Shown: positions 1 through 12,181, counted from the first letter of the stretch. The stretch: DNA of 64,000 nucleotides from Octopus sinensis (GCF_006345805.1 NC_042998.1:15128001-15192000), one strand, 5' to 3'. The notes: a model not told the origin generated them from the sequence alone. Translations and numbers: made by a program.

Positions 1-427
1 CACGTAAAAGCACCATCCGTTCGCGTCCGTTGCCAGCCTCGGCTGGCCCCCGTGCCGGTGACACGTAAAAGCACCGTCCGTTCGTGGCCGGTTGCCAGCT
101 CTGTCTGGCCCCGTGTCGGTGGCACGTAAAAGCACCATCCGTTCGTGTCCGTTGCCAGCATCGCCCGGCCCCGTGCCGGTGACACGTAAAAGCACCATCC
201 GTTCGTGGCCGTTCGCCAGCTCTGTCTGGCACCTGTGCAGGTGGCACGTAAAAAACACCCACTACACTCGCGGAGTGGTTGGCGTTAGGAAGGGCATCCA
301 GCCGTAGAAACACTGCCAGATCTGACTGGGCCTGACGAAGCCTTCCAGCTTCACAGACCTCAGTTGACCCGTCCAACCCATGCTAGCATGGAAAACGGAC
401 GCTAAACGATGATGATGATGATGATGA
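1..427 (+). mobile_element. 3' part of a SINE with Nin-like domain and RTE-like (GAT)n tail; internal ~60-bp tandem repeats
   Basis: GGCGTTAGGAAGGGCATCCAGCCGTAGAAA (Nin-domain-like) at ~281-310; ends ...catgctagcatggaaaacggacgctaaac(GAT)n; four ~60-bp units starting CACGTAAAAGCACC at 1-243. 5' end lies outside the window. Confidence 0.7.
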
Positions 428-635
428 TATATACATACATATATATATATATATAAATACTATATATATATTACATATATATACATATATATAACATACA
501 TATATATATATATTATATATATATAGATATATATATATTATATATATATACTATAATATATCTATATATATATACACACATATATATATATATCTATATA
601 TATAATATATATATATTATATATATATATATATAA

Positions 636-1004
636 TTGATATAGGATAAAATTTCTTTCGGGAAAAAATTTTTATCAATGGCCAGCATATCAAAAAATGC
701 CTTTAAAGGTAAAATTTATACATAATTTACAAGGTAAGGGCAGAAGAAAAATGCTAATGCCAGATACGCCGAAACAAAAAAAAATGTTGATAACCATTAA
801 ATTTATGCGTCTCGAAACAAACCGATAGAAATCTATAAAAATTCGTTATTACCGTATTGGTCCAATTTCGGGGTTAATTCACAAGAAATGTTCCCCTCTT
901 CAGCGGCACATACGCGAGATATAAATGAAATACTTATTCATACTCATGGAAGAAGCAAGCACCAAGTCCCGAGCAGACTTACTTCTGCCCTTATCTTGTA
1001 AATA
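636..1004 (-). mobile_element. Hammerhead-containing short element (family A; Penelope pLTR/retrozyme-like) in (TA)n
   Basis: Flanked by TA tracts; 22-bp inverted arms 725-746 and 982-1003 (1 mismatch); central HHR 850-908; homologous to 44530-44970 in reverse orientation. Confidence 0.65.
850..908 (-). ncRNA. Type I hammerhead ribozyme motif, AUA cleavage triplet
   Basis: Minus strand: UGCCG-CUGAAGA-GGGG(19 nt)CCCC-GAA-AUUG(GAC)CAAU-A|CGGUA. Helix I 5 bp, helix II 4 bp, helix III 4 bp; predicted cut between 855 and 854. Confidence 0.75.
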
Positions 1005-1030
1005 TATGTATATATATATATATGTATATG

Positions 1031-1370
1031 GTAAATGAAAGACGGAAGATAGAATATACGAGAATTTTTATTAATCACGACAATTGTTTCGACACATCTA
1101 GCATCGATCCCTCACGGGTGGGACACTTAGCAACGGATTCAGGAGTATCCGGCAGTGCAGATGTGTCTCATCAGGTGATGAATAGATATAACTCGTTAAA
1201 AATAACAGTTCCGCAATCTACCTTCTCATTTCATAAAAAGAAAAGCAGCAAAACGAAGGAAATATCTTCATTTATAAAGATCAAAACTCAAATCATATCA
1301 CAAATGTAAAAATGAAACGAATACGCAATTCAGTGAGGAAAATATGAAAAATAACTATTTACAGATAAGG
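1031..1370 (-). mobile_element. Hammerhead-containing short element (family B) in (TA)n
   Basis: ~340 bp between TA tracts; HHR 1074-1179; helix I extended by imperfect pairing (tatt/aata, cgag/ctcg, atgaaa/tttcat) spanning ~1035-1233. Confidence 0.6.
1074..1179 (-). ncRNA. Type I hammerhead ribozyme motif with perfect core and large helix II insertion
   Basis: Minus strand: AUCAC-CUGAUGA-GACACAUCU(59 nt)AGAUGUGUC-GAAAC-AAUU-GUC|GUGAU. 9-bp helix II, 5-bp helix I, palindromic ACAAUUGU helix III; predicted cut between 1079 and 1078. Confidence 0.85.
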
Positions 1371-1401
<31 letters not shown>

Positions 1402-1407
1402 TATATC

Positions 1408-1690
1408 ACAGTGACCGACCAGGCTATCAGATGTTGCTACACATCGCTGGTCACAATGCGCTTCGCATTGTTTTAGCCTTCAAATGACGCTATCCGGCTG
1501 GCTAAGTGAGCAGACCAAGAAAAGGAAGAGTGAGAGAAAGTTGCGGCGAAAGAGCACAGTAGGGATCGCCACCAACCCCTGCTGGTAGATTTTGTACAAT
1601 AGTGCTGTATGCCTCATTGTTTCTAGGGTTGTGAGTTGATATATACGGCATTGTAAAATTAGGTACTGCGTTTGCTCGGCCATAGTCTAA
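1408..1690 (-). mobile_element. Degenerate SINE sharing its central domain with family F3
   Basis: gagtgagagaaagttgcggcgaaagagcacagtagggatcgccaccaacccctgc at ~1529-1583 matches 8370-8425 and 57805-57855, but the flanks differ. Confidence 0.5.
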
Positions 1691-1716
1691 AGACTGAACG
1701 AAATAAAAGATAAATG

Positions 1717-1717
<1 letters not shown>

Positions 1718-1782
<65 letters not shown>

Positions 1783-1787
1783 GTCTG

Positions 1788-1868
<81 letters not shown>

Positions 1869-1922
1869 TTGTCTATCTGTCTATCTATCTATCTATCTAT
1901 CTATCAATCTATCTATCTATCC

Positions 1923-1980
<58 letters not shown>

Positions 1981-2077
1981 AGGTAAGTGGGTAGACATAC
2001 ACATGCTGAGAGAGAGAGGGAGAGAGAGTGTTTGCGTATGTGAGAGAGAGAGAGATAGTAAGAGAAAAAGAGAGAGT

Positions 2078-2109
<32 letters not shown>

Positions 2110-2350
2110 ATGGGAAAGCGGAAGAAAAAGGAGTGACAAGGAGGACGGGTGAGCAAGGGGGGAGGATGGCAGAGAAACAGTGTGTGAGAAATAGTTAGAG
2201 AGAGAGCGAAAGTGCGAGAGAGAGAGAGAGAGAGAGTGCGAGAGAGAGTGCGAGGGAGTGAGTGATAGAGAGAAAGAGAGAGAGAGACAAAGAAAGAGTG
2301 ATAGATAGATGGCGATAGATAGATAGAGAGAGAGAGAGGGGGGGGAGAAA
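1718..2350. repeat. (TATC)n followed by (GA)n-rich microsatellite
   Basis: Direct inspection; source of the LSIY-repeat ORF. Confidence 0.95.
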
Positions 2351-2629
2351 GAGGCCTTACTACGACGTTAAACTAGTCGGAAAGCCAAAATGTTCCAGAT
2401 GCAGGTAATCTATACTTGCAATTATAAATGATGAATGTTGTTAGAAAATTGATCATGTAACTTTCATAACAGGGAATAGAGATACCACTTGCTTATGATA
2501 CACATGTGTATACCACATTGTTGCCCTTTAGCCTCTGATCAGCATAATATAATTAAAGGCGCTCCATCTATCTCTGACTATACCCGTCTTTATATATACA
2601 TATATACATATATATATATATAGATATAT

Positions 2630-2664
<35 letters not shown>

Positions 2665-3371
2665 TATATAGACCTAATGTTCCCAGAGCAGGAATTTTTT
2701 TTTTCTATACTTTCCGAAGGTAAAGTTTAATATGGGTGATATTGGGTATTAAATTCTTGCAGATTCAGCAACTGTCTATATGCTTCTGCGTTGGACTTTA
2801 GTGCGTAATATGTACGAGACTGCACGAACAGGAAATCTTTATGCAGTGTTTCAGGTGAAAGTTAATTTGGAGATGATCCCTTGGTAAATTTTAAACATAG
2901 CGTGCCAATTAGTGAAGCTCTCATTCATTGAACAGTACCGATAAAACGTGCAGCTGTTAAGCTAATCGTTTGCCCGGTGGCCACAATTACTCATTTATCG
3001 AACAGTGCTTACGTTACTTAGAGCAGATAGCTAAACTTGTTCATGTAAAAATCAAGATATTCGGAAACTGATGGTGATCTAATTCAGTAACTTTATATAA
3101 TGAAATTCATGAGATTGGATAAGATCGTATGAGCCGAATAAAGAAGAGTGAGGTCTGAAGATTCGAAGCGAACTGTCAGTCTTGGTACTTGAGATTCGTT
3201 TTCCCAGATACTCATGAATTCACACACATGCGCGAACACGAGTAATAAGCAGTGGTTACAAATTAAATATTCAGTGAAAACAAGATGCAGGTCCATATGT
3301 ACTCACATGATCTTGTAGGAATAGTAGCTAAATAACACTGCATCTGTCTTAAATAATATGAAATGAGTTTA

Positions 3372-3605
3372 GAAGGCGGCGAGCTGGCAGAACCGTCAGC
3401 ACGCCGGTCGAAATCCGTAGCCGTATTTTGTCTGCCGTTATGTTCTGAGTTCAAATTCCGCCGAGGTCGACTTTGCCTTTCATCCTTTCGTGGTCGATAA
3501 ATTAAGTACCAGTTACGCCCTGTGGTCAATGTAATCGACTTAATTCGTTTGTCTGTCCTTGTTTGTCCCCTATATGTTTAGCCCCTTGTGGGTAATAAAG
3601 AAACA
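3372..3605 (+). mobile_element. tRNA-derived SINE family F1, full length, with 17-bp TSD
   Basis: Head GGCGGCGAGCTGGCAGAA, B-box GAGTTCAAATTCC; TSD AATATGAAATGAGTTTA at 3355-3371 and 3606-3622. Confidence 0.9.
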
Positions 3606-3946
3606 AATATGAAATGAGTTTAATTTGGGATACACTGTATGAATATAAGAGAAGGTACCTTGTTTGTCTTGTGTTCTCAACTACTCGAGAGAATAGTTCG
3701 GACGTAGTCGCTGTCCTTCTATACGGCATGCCTTGGTGGTGTTTTGAATCTTGTTAACATCTCCACCTCTGTCTCTAGGTCTGATTAGAGATGGTTTCTT
3801 CCTGAAAGAAAGGCAGACTGACAGGAGAAGAGAGAGGTAGGAGAAAGAGAGAGGTAGGAGAAAGAGAAAGAGAGAATGAAAGAGCGGCATTAATAGAGAA
3901 CTGATGCTTTCTATGTCAATCTAGACAAGTTACAGAAGAAAAAAAA

Positions 3947-5960
3947 ATGAACATCGGCAGCATTGAACTCAGAGAATTGGACAGATTTCCGCCCGTCATT
4001 CTAACGGATGCTCCGGTAATATTGCCAATTCAGTACCTGTTGGAGGCAATGGTCTTAAATAAAATGGTTTTCAGCATAAGTCTGATGGATGAGAATTACT
4101 GCAAAACTACTGTTGAGTGAGAAGGAAATAGTGAAAGAGAGAGAGGGGGGGGGGGGCGGAGAGTGAAAAGAGAGAGAGAGTGGAAAAAGAGAGAAAGAGC
4201 ACCTTGACCACTAGGTGATCTTGAACAAGTAGGGTTCCATCTCTAGTCATAGCTGGAAGCCCTGTCCTGTAACAAAAAGGACTGTATCATCCATCTATTG
4301 ACACATTAGTATACTACATCATATTTCATTTCATTCTTTTTCATCTCCTCATTCGATTTTATGTCAACCTACAACTAACTTCCATTGTGATGTTACCTTC
4401 AATCGATACTCTTTTGGCGATTAACAAAAAATCATTATGACAGATTAGTTAGAACGTCAGAAGAAAGTGCCTTGCGGTGTTTCTGTTAGAAGAGGTGAAA
4501 ATGCCTTGCAAACCTACTCAGATGTCTCCAACTCATTGACAAGTATCGATAACATTTCACCACTACGCCATTCTGAACATTGAGAAATTGCATCGAGTCA
4601 TCCAGATGCTATGAAGAGAAAGTATTATGTAGCCCAGTGATATAAGGAGGGGGTAGATTTTTTTCAAAATTTTAAATCATTGGTTACACAGACCATAAAT
4701 TTGTGATGTGCTCTGTCGACATTTGTAGGCTTAGTATAGGTAGGGACGGAATTATTGGAAGATGAGAGCATCACTCCCGACACGACAAGCATATAGAGAA
4801 CGGATTGGTAAAGTAATGCAGCTGGCGTTGACAGAGCAATCATCTACAGCAAATGGTGGTTCACCTTAAAAAGGGTGATGAGATTGGAATCGATGAAATT
4901 TACTTAGGTTATGGCGATAAAGAACACTAGAATAGAAGAATTAATTAGAAACTTGAAAGAGCTGCTTAGGAAAGGCAACATGACCGACATGCTCGTGGAG
5001 AGATTTACTCTTAAAAATTCTTCCAAAAGAAACACAGAAAGCTGAGGTAGAGCTAAGGTAACTACTCTGAGATATGAAGGGACGAAAGCTGTTCTATGGG
5101 CCCGAGTGGTATAGGTGCAACGTGGCAGTAGGAATACCATTCGATCTTTGCTGACTGCAATGTGCACATTTTACTCGACTCACGCAGCAATTGGCGAACG
5201 AGGTGGTAAGGTGACGAGTTGTCTTCCCCCAAAAGTACATAAAAGCCACGAAAATGTAGAAGCTATGGTTGGCTACTGGGCAGGCAAATCGCCTGGATTG
5301 GATAGTATGCTTCAAGAGCTTTACTTTTATATGCCAAACTTCTTTAAAGATCTCTTGGTTGATATCTACTGTAAATGGAAGCGGGACAGGAGGAGAATTC
5401 TTAGTTAAGGGAGAATGGCCCCAAACAAGGTAAATCACTTCGATAATTTTTAGCCTATAATTCAATCAACGTAAATTTCGAGATTTTAGCTAATGTGTTA
5501 ACCAAGGGCTGGTACATGTCCTCTATGATCTGATCGATGATGGCAAAATCTACTTCGTGTGATAAATTAAAGAGAGGGAATGTAAGGAACCTTACATGGA
5601 TGGGGCGCTAATAAGATCAACCGAAAGCTTTCGACGGAGCCTGCTAGCAATACTTGGCGATTGTCCTCAGTTTCGACCCCGCTTTCCGCACTTTTATCAC
5701 CTCAGTGTAGGGCGATATCTGCTCGGATGCTTACAGTTAATGACCACCTACCAGAAACATTCAATATCATGCTCATGCTCTGTCGAAATTGTTTCCATCG
5801 ACTCTTTTGTATGTTCTGGCTCTAGTGCTATTATTGCGGAAAGTGGTGACGCTGAGGCCCGCAAACAAGGACGTGGGAAAATATATGCAAGCATTGTCAC
5901 TGCCATAGAATCGGTAACCAGGCTGATCTTTGCTTTTCTTTATTTTATTGTTTGCACTCC
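3947..5960 (+). mobile_element. Degenerate Tx1/L1-clade LINE ORF2 (APE endonuclease + RT) relic
   Basis: Motifs in shifting frames: MNIGSIELREL (3947), GYTDHKFV (~4690), YWKM (~4755), GKSPGLDS..QELY (~5280), NVNFEILANVL (~5470), DQPKAFD (~5615), PSTLLYVLAL (~5795). Confidence 0.75.
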
Positions 5961-6059
5961 CTAATGTAAACCCCGCTTCATATCAAGTGGTATTGCATTG
6001 TCTTGTCCTGTACCATTAAAAGATCTGTTTGGAAACCCTTATTGCTGAAGAAAAGAAAT

Positions 6060-6202
6060 TACCACCACCACCACCACCACCACCACCACCACCACCACCA
6101 CCACCACCACCAGCAGATTGGGTTGCCATTTCAGTAAACTAAAATTTGTTTTGTGACTATATATGTATATATATTATCACCCCCACCACCCCCATCCCAC
6201 TT

Positions 6203-6281
<79 letters not shown>
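6060..6281. repeat. (ACC)n and (ACT)n microsatellites
   Basis: Direct inspection. Confidence 0.95.
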
Positions 6282-6283
<2 letters not shown>

Positions 6284-8168
6284 AATTCATTGTATTATTC
6301 TAGGTGAAATGTTCATGACATTTTCTGTAGTAATTTTTCTGGAGAAAGAGAGAGAGAAAGAGAGAGTGCTTTGACTTCATTTAATTTTTTTTAATATTAT
6401 TCACTTAGAGCTTTTGTGACCACCTGCTGAGTTCTTGCGTTCATATTTTCTTTTCCAGTTCTTTCTAATTACTGAGATCGTCTGGCGTTAGTTCATCTGT
6501 TTAACAGAATACATTATTCTTTATACAAACTATACTTTAGGCGTCATGACCTATATGATATTGTGATGTCGGTTGGCTCAGTCAGTGAGTCTCAGATTAA
6601 AAATACTAATATATTTGACAATAATATTATGAAACCTTTGCGCCCTCCCGTCTTTATTAATTAAAAAGTAAGATAGAATTTGCATCCATATAATTCTTCC
6701 TTCTTTACCATGGCACTGAATGAGTTTCTAATCTTCAGAAACACCCTTCCGGTGAGAAACACTGGATTAGCTTACCTTTCTATGTGAACATAATGCGTTT
6801 TATATTTCGTCAGAAATGGCTGTGTGGTGAAGAATTTCCCGTTAAAACTATGTGGATCGGAGTTCAGATCCATTGCTTGACATCATAGGCAAGTGTTTTC
6901 TTCCAGAGCCTCGGTTCAATGAAAAGGCTTGAGAATGATGAAAACGTCTAGAAAGAAAATGTGTCTTCTTATTCTTGGGTGGCAGATTTAACCTAGTTTA
7001 GCACTTCACCTGAACGTTGGGTGATTTTCGATGCGCTCACCTCGTAAATACTACAACCAGATTGCCAAGGTAATGATAACTTCGTTCCTTCTGCCACCCA
7101 CTGCAGATCCCTAAAATGGATCATGAGAATTGCTCTTTCTCCTTTAATGAAGCCATTAAAAAACTCTCTTTTATGGTGTCACACTAACCCCAGTTCAAAC
7201 ATTTTATACATTTTACGCATACAGCACAACTTTTGTCATTGAACAGGCGGTAGTTTTGAGCGTCGAAAATTTTAACATCATTTTACGAATAAATGATTAA
7301 ATGAAGTTAATAGGATTTGTGCGTTCCTGAATGGACTTCCGCACTTTATTTGCCTTAGTTTCAGCGCACGATCTCGGATCAAATTCCTTGCCATGCAAGT
7401 GCATCTCCGTAATTTTACATATCCTTCAACAGAAACAGCTGCTAAGGCGATAAAATTGCAGTCGGCAGCATGTTGGAAAGAAAACCTCACAATATTTGTT
7501 CCGACTACCTTTGCTCTGAGTTCAAATATTGCTGAGAGAACTTTAATCGCTTCAATGTCGCTGAAAAAAAAAAGACAATCCAGGCTGGTAGATTGTTTGT
7601 TTTCTCTCTAGCTTCAGCTCAGAGCTGCGGCCATGCTGATGCACCACCGTTTGGGTGAAATTGTTAGAGGGTCGGGCAATAATTCCTGCGATATCTACGC
7701 TGATGCTTATATTCTGACGGTAACGCCATCGACGATACTGGAGCCAAGATGTATCGACCAGATAAACATACTTGGTATAGAAAGAGGAGACTTGAATGCA
7801 GGGGAAAATGCTAGTCTTCCTAAAAAAGCCAGGCCTGCGCATACATGTGCAGATGCATGCTTAACTTTGACTACCGGATCTCCTATTAGTTGTAAATAGA
7901 TAACAACCAGCTTATGATCTTCCTCAATGCGCTGCGAGACGGTCGATGTATACACCCTATCTAGCGTTTATGACAAATAGGTTGTTCCGACCTGATGAGC
8001 ATACACCACTCTGGCATGAAAACTTTGTGCTATATATATTCTTATTTCCTGTTACAAGACTGAAAACAAGTAAAAGAGTCCTAATTTTTAGAGCCTGGTA
8101 CTCATTATACCTTTATTTTTGTCGAACCATCAAGTTACGGAGACGTAATGAAAGCAAAACTAATTAAA

Positions 8169-8551
8169 AGGAGCACTCCGTCGGTTACGACGATGAGGGT
8201 CCCAGCTGTAACGATCTACGGAACAGCTTGCTCGTGGAATTAACGTGCAAGTGGCTGAGCACTCCACAGACACGTGTACCCTTAACGTAGTTCTCGAGGA
8301 GATTCAGCGTGACACAGAGTGTGACAAGGCTGGCCCTTTGAAATACAGGTACAACAGAAACAGGAAGAAAGAGTGAGAGAAAGTTGTGGTGAAAGAGTAC
8401 AGCAGGGTTCATCACCACTCCCTGCAGGAGCCTCGCGAGGCTTTAGGTGTTTTCGCTCAATAAACACTCACAATGCCCGGTCTGGGAATCGAAACCGCGA
8501 TCCTACGACCGCGAGTCCGCTGCCCTAACCACTGGGCCATTGCGCCTCCAC
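8169..8551 (-). mobile_element. tRNA-derived SINE family F3, full length
   Basis: Head TGGAGGCGCAATGGCCCAGTGGTTAGGG...GGTTTCGATTCCC; tail ...GTCGTAACCGACGGAGTGCTCC; probable TSD AAAAC(T/G)AATTAAA; near-identical to 57600-57978. Confidence 0.85.
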
Positions 8552-9429
8552 GAAAACGAATTAAATGTTAGGTGAAAGACACAAAGGCACGCGCACACAC
8601 GAATATACCCATGCATAAACGCGCACGCACACTCAACATATACAAAGGGCTTCCACATAGTTTCTTTTTACCAAATTCAGTCATAAGGCATTGGTTGGTT
8701 CAGGGCTATAGAAGAAGACACTTGGCTAAGACGACCTGCAGTAGGTCGGAACCCGGATTCACATGATCCTTACTCTGTAGAGGCAATTGGCAAAATTTCT
8801 GTTTTCCGCTACATATCATTTGTATTGTGTTCGCTGTGTGCAAATTGTGGGTTCTATTGTTTTCCACTTGTAACTGTTTAAACCATCTATACAAATTTTG
8901 TATTGTAGTTCTTACGCGTGTAATATAATCAGTTGAAAAAATTAGATTAAATGCTATTATCTTTGCAGTCATTATGCAAAACGTCCTCCTAAAGGCTGTT
9001 TAACATCTAAAGGCAATAAACAAGGGGGATAATAGCGTTGAAATCAATAAAACTGAAATGACAACGCATATGGGAAGGTTCTTGCGCTTCAATCCAACAA
9101 GTGAAAGCAACATACAGTTTACATCTCATAAGAGCTCTTATGGAAGGTACGTTCAACTTAATTGACTTACAAGTGATTAGCACGTGCAGAAACAGCAGTG
9201 ACGTAATGACACTGATTGTAAATATCAACAATATGGCTCAACCAGAGGGCAAGAAGAAGCACCTCAAACGAGGGTTCTGCATGATAAATGTCTATGCTGT
9301 AGGGACTCGTATATATAAGATAGTGAATTCAAACAGTTCAGTTACATAAGATTATAAATGCAGTTACTTGACAAAAAGTGTTTAAAATCTAAAAACAACC
9401 AGTAAATACAATATCAGTCGCCATGATAT

Positions 9430-9590
9430 ATCGTTAGCCACTACACACATTTTTCTCTCTCCTTGTTTTTTCTGTGTCCCCTTCTGTAGAAGAGCGTAGG
9501 CTCGAAATGTAAAAGACTTTTTCTATTCCCGAGCTTTATACTAATACATCTGTTTGTTTTGTACACCACCTGTCTTCGTCATTTGTTTTT
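9430..9590 (+). mobile_element. Penelope-end-like element (family D) with degenerate minimal hammerhead
   Basis: CTGTAGA-A-GAG-cgtagg-CTC-GAAAT-GTA at 9484-9511; homologous to 33480-33850. Confidence 0.55.
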
Positions 9591-10834
9591 TAATTTGAAA
9601 TTAAAGACAACGCTGATAGAAATGATACAATTTTCTTTTAAAAAGCAAAATTGTTTCTATAGACCATATCTAGCTGCGTAAAACGTATTTCGTTTGGGAT
9701 GTGTATAATGTGAATCAGTTTTTGGATGAATTAAACTACATTTTCAATTTATCTTGATTTAGATATAAATTTTATTACACCGAAGCTGTAGACCGCTAGA
9801 GTATTAATAGCTTCCAGTTTTATATCATTCTAGAATCTTTGATATATTCCTTTCGAATCATCTCTTCCGTTCTATCATTTTGTGTCTGTGTCTCTTTCTT
9901 AAGACTTAGGTACATGTATCTCCAAGTATTGCATTGCTTGGCCGATTTTTATCTTCAGTTTATTGATTTGGTCAGCTTACTTCGCTGTTGAATGAATCTG
10001 GTTTATTTGTCAAACTGAAAAACCCTGACAACATCACATCAATGTACGTCTTTACGGTTTGGGAAAGATTTTTTTTCCAATACGTCGCCAGAATGCTACA
10101 TTATAGTTTCATACCAAGCATGCAGAGCACATGATTAATTTTGCATGTATTGCTATTCTAGCCATTTCAGATCTCTTGCTTAACGAGGCAGGAGTTGGCT
10201 AGAACAATATCGGTATTCTATTTTAGATATTGATAATCCCGTTTCTTACATTACACTTATGGTTGGGTTAATACTACATTTAGACACAGTAGTTTTCAAG
10301 ATGACATCATTCAACAGTGACAGTAAACATTACTATCGATTCCGGAATCCTTGTATGATGTTTAGAATCAACAGTCTTTCAACAAACGATATCCATTTCT
10401 CTTGTAGACAATGTTCTAATTTTGCTATGTTCATCAAGTGTTAGTTTTAGTAAACCTATGATTATCTTTCTAATTTAACGTTTTCCTTTTACTTGTTTCT
10501 GTCATTAGACGGTGGCCATGCTGAGGCACCTACTAGAATAATTTTAGCGAGACGAATCGACCCCATTACTTGATCTTTTTAAAATCTGGTACTTACTTTT
10601 TCATTTACATTTGCCGAATCACTAAGTTCCTTTCGAATAATCTCCAAGTATTGCATACACACACACACACAGACGCACACAGAAGTCCTGGATTTGTTCG
10701 ACTAAATGCGGTGCTCCAGCATGGCCTCAATCAAATGACTGAAACAAGTAAAAAAATAAAAGAATATATATATATATATACATACACGCACAAACACGCG
10801 TGTGTGTGTGTTAAAAATAATCATTTTTACTCTA

Positions 10835-11212
10835 GGCACAAGGCCCGAAAATTTTGGGGAAGGGGCCTGTCGATTTGATCGACCCCTGTACGCATCTGGT
10901 ACTTAATTTATCAACCCCAAAACGATGAAAGGCAAATTCGACCTCGGAGGGATTCGAACTCAGAACGTAACGGCAGACGAAATAACTATTTCTTTACTAC
11001 CCACAAGGGGCTAAACACAGAGAGGACAAACAAGGACAGACAAACGGGTTAAGTCGATTACATCGACCCCAGTGCGTAACTTATTTAATCGACTCCGAAA
11101 GGATGAAAGGCAAAGTCGACCTCGGCGGAATTTGAACTCAGAACGTAGCGGCAGACGAAATACTGCTAAGCGTTTCGCCCATCGTGTTAACGTTTCTACC
11201 AGCTCGGCCCCT
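10835..11212 (-). mobile_element. SINE F1 tandem dimer
   Basis: Head near 11212; tail1 joined into a second unit at GACGAAATAACTATTTC (10976-10992); ends with the alternative tail ...GCCTTGTGCCTAGAGTA. Confidence 0.85.
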
Positions 11213-11308
11213 TTGTGTGTTAAAAATAATGTTTGTAATATGAATACTATGGGCGATGCAGGAATCTTTCAATATACGAGAGAACAAACGTATCGGCAAT
11301 TTCTTACA

Positions 11309-11735
11309 TAGGCGCAGGAGTGGGTGTGTGGTAAGTAGCCTGCTTACGAACCACATGGTTCCGGGTTCAGTCCTACTGCGTGGCATCTTGGGTAAGTGTC
11401 TTATACTATAGCCTCGGGTCGACCAATGCCTTGTGAGTGGATTTGGTAGACGGAAACTGAAAGAAGCTCGTCGTATATACGTATATATATATATATGTAT
11501 ATATGTATGCGTGTGTGTATATGTTTGTGTGTCTGTAGTTGTCCCCCTCCCCAACATCGCTTAACAACAGATGCTGGTGTGTTTACGTCCGCGTAACTTA
11601 GCGGTTCGGCAAGACAGACCGATAGAATAAGTACTAGGCTTACAAAGAATAAGTCCTGGGGGTCGATATGTTCGACTAAAGGCGGTGCTCCAGCATGGCC
11701 ACAGTCAAATGACTGAAACAAGTTAAAGTAAGAGT
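11309..11735 (+). mobile_element. Compound SINE family F2 (tRNA head, CCTTGGGCAAGTG CORE/V/Meta-like domain, internal TA/TG microsatellite)
   Basis: AGGCGCAGGAGTGG head; tail ...CAGCATGGCCACAGTCAAATGACTGAAACAAG; homologues at 25601-26010, 37845-38610, 39575-39735, 48785-49170. Confidence 0.8.
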
Positions 11736-12075
11736 ATATCTTGTAAGTAGAATACTCCGCTTTCTGGTGCTGAGAATTTATGACGTAAGAAGTTCGAATA
11801 CAGAGTCTGTGTCGTAAAATACTATGCAGAAACGATTTTCTTTTAAAAGAAAGCATTTCTATTGCTTCATACCCGTTTTTGAGCAGGAATTTAGCAACGG
11901 AAACAAATTACTTGACGTAAAGCTGCAGAAGGTCATACAGGCAACAAAACAGGTCGTGTAGTTTTTAGTATTCATTGAAAGAATCCGCAAAGCAAGTTAT
12001 TGCTCTGAGTCTGTCTCGTTTGCGCATGACGAATACAGTTTTCCCTAAGAGTATACGAGACTCACTAAATATAAT

Positions 12076-12117
<42 letters not shown>

Positions 12118-12132
12118 ACTACTACTACTAAA

Positions 12133-12181
<49 letters not shown>

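Noticed and set aside
1-250. Regular ~60-bp repeats as a CRISPR-like array
   Set aside because: No unique spacers; eukaryotic SINE context.
3310-3346. 37-nt minus-strand mini-exon candidate (acag|ATGCAG...ATCAT|gtgagt)
   Set aside because: Splice-like signals only; no recognisable protein; such hits are expected by chance.
7992-8025. CTGATGAGCAT...GAAA hammerhead-like string
   Set aside because: No helix II pairing or NUH site.
8960-9150. Possible plus-strand exon ending GGAAG|gtacgt
   Set aside because: All three frames from the best acceptor contain stops.
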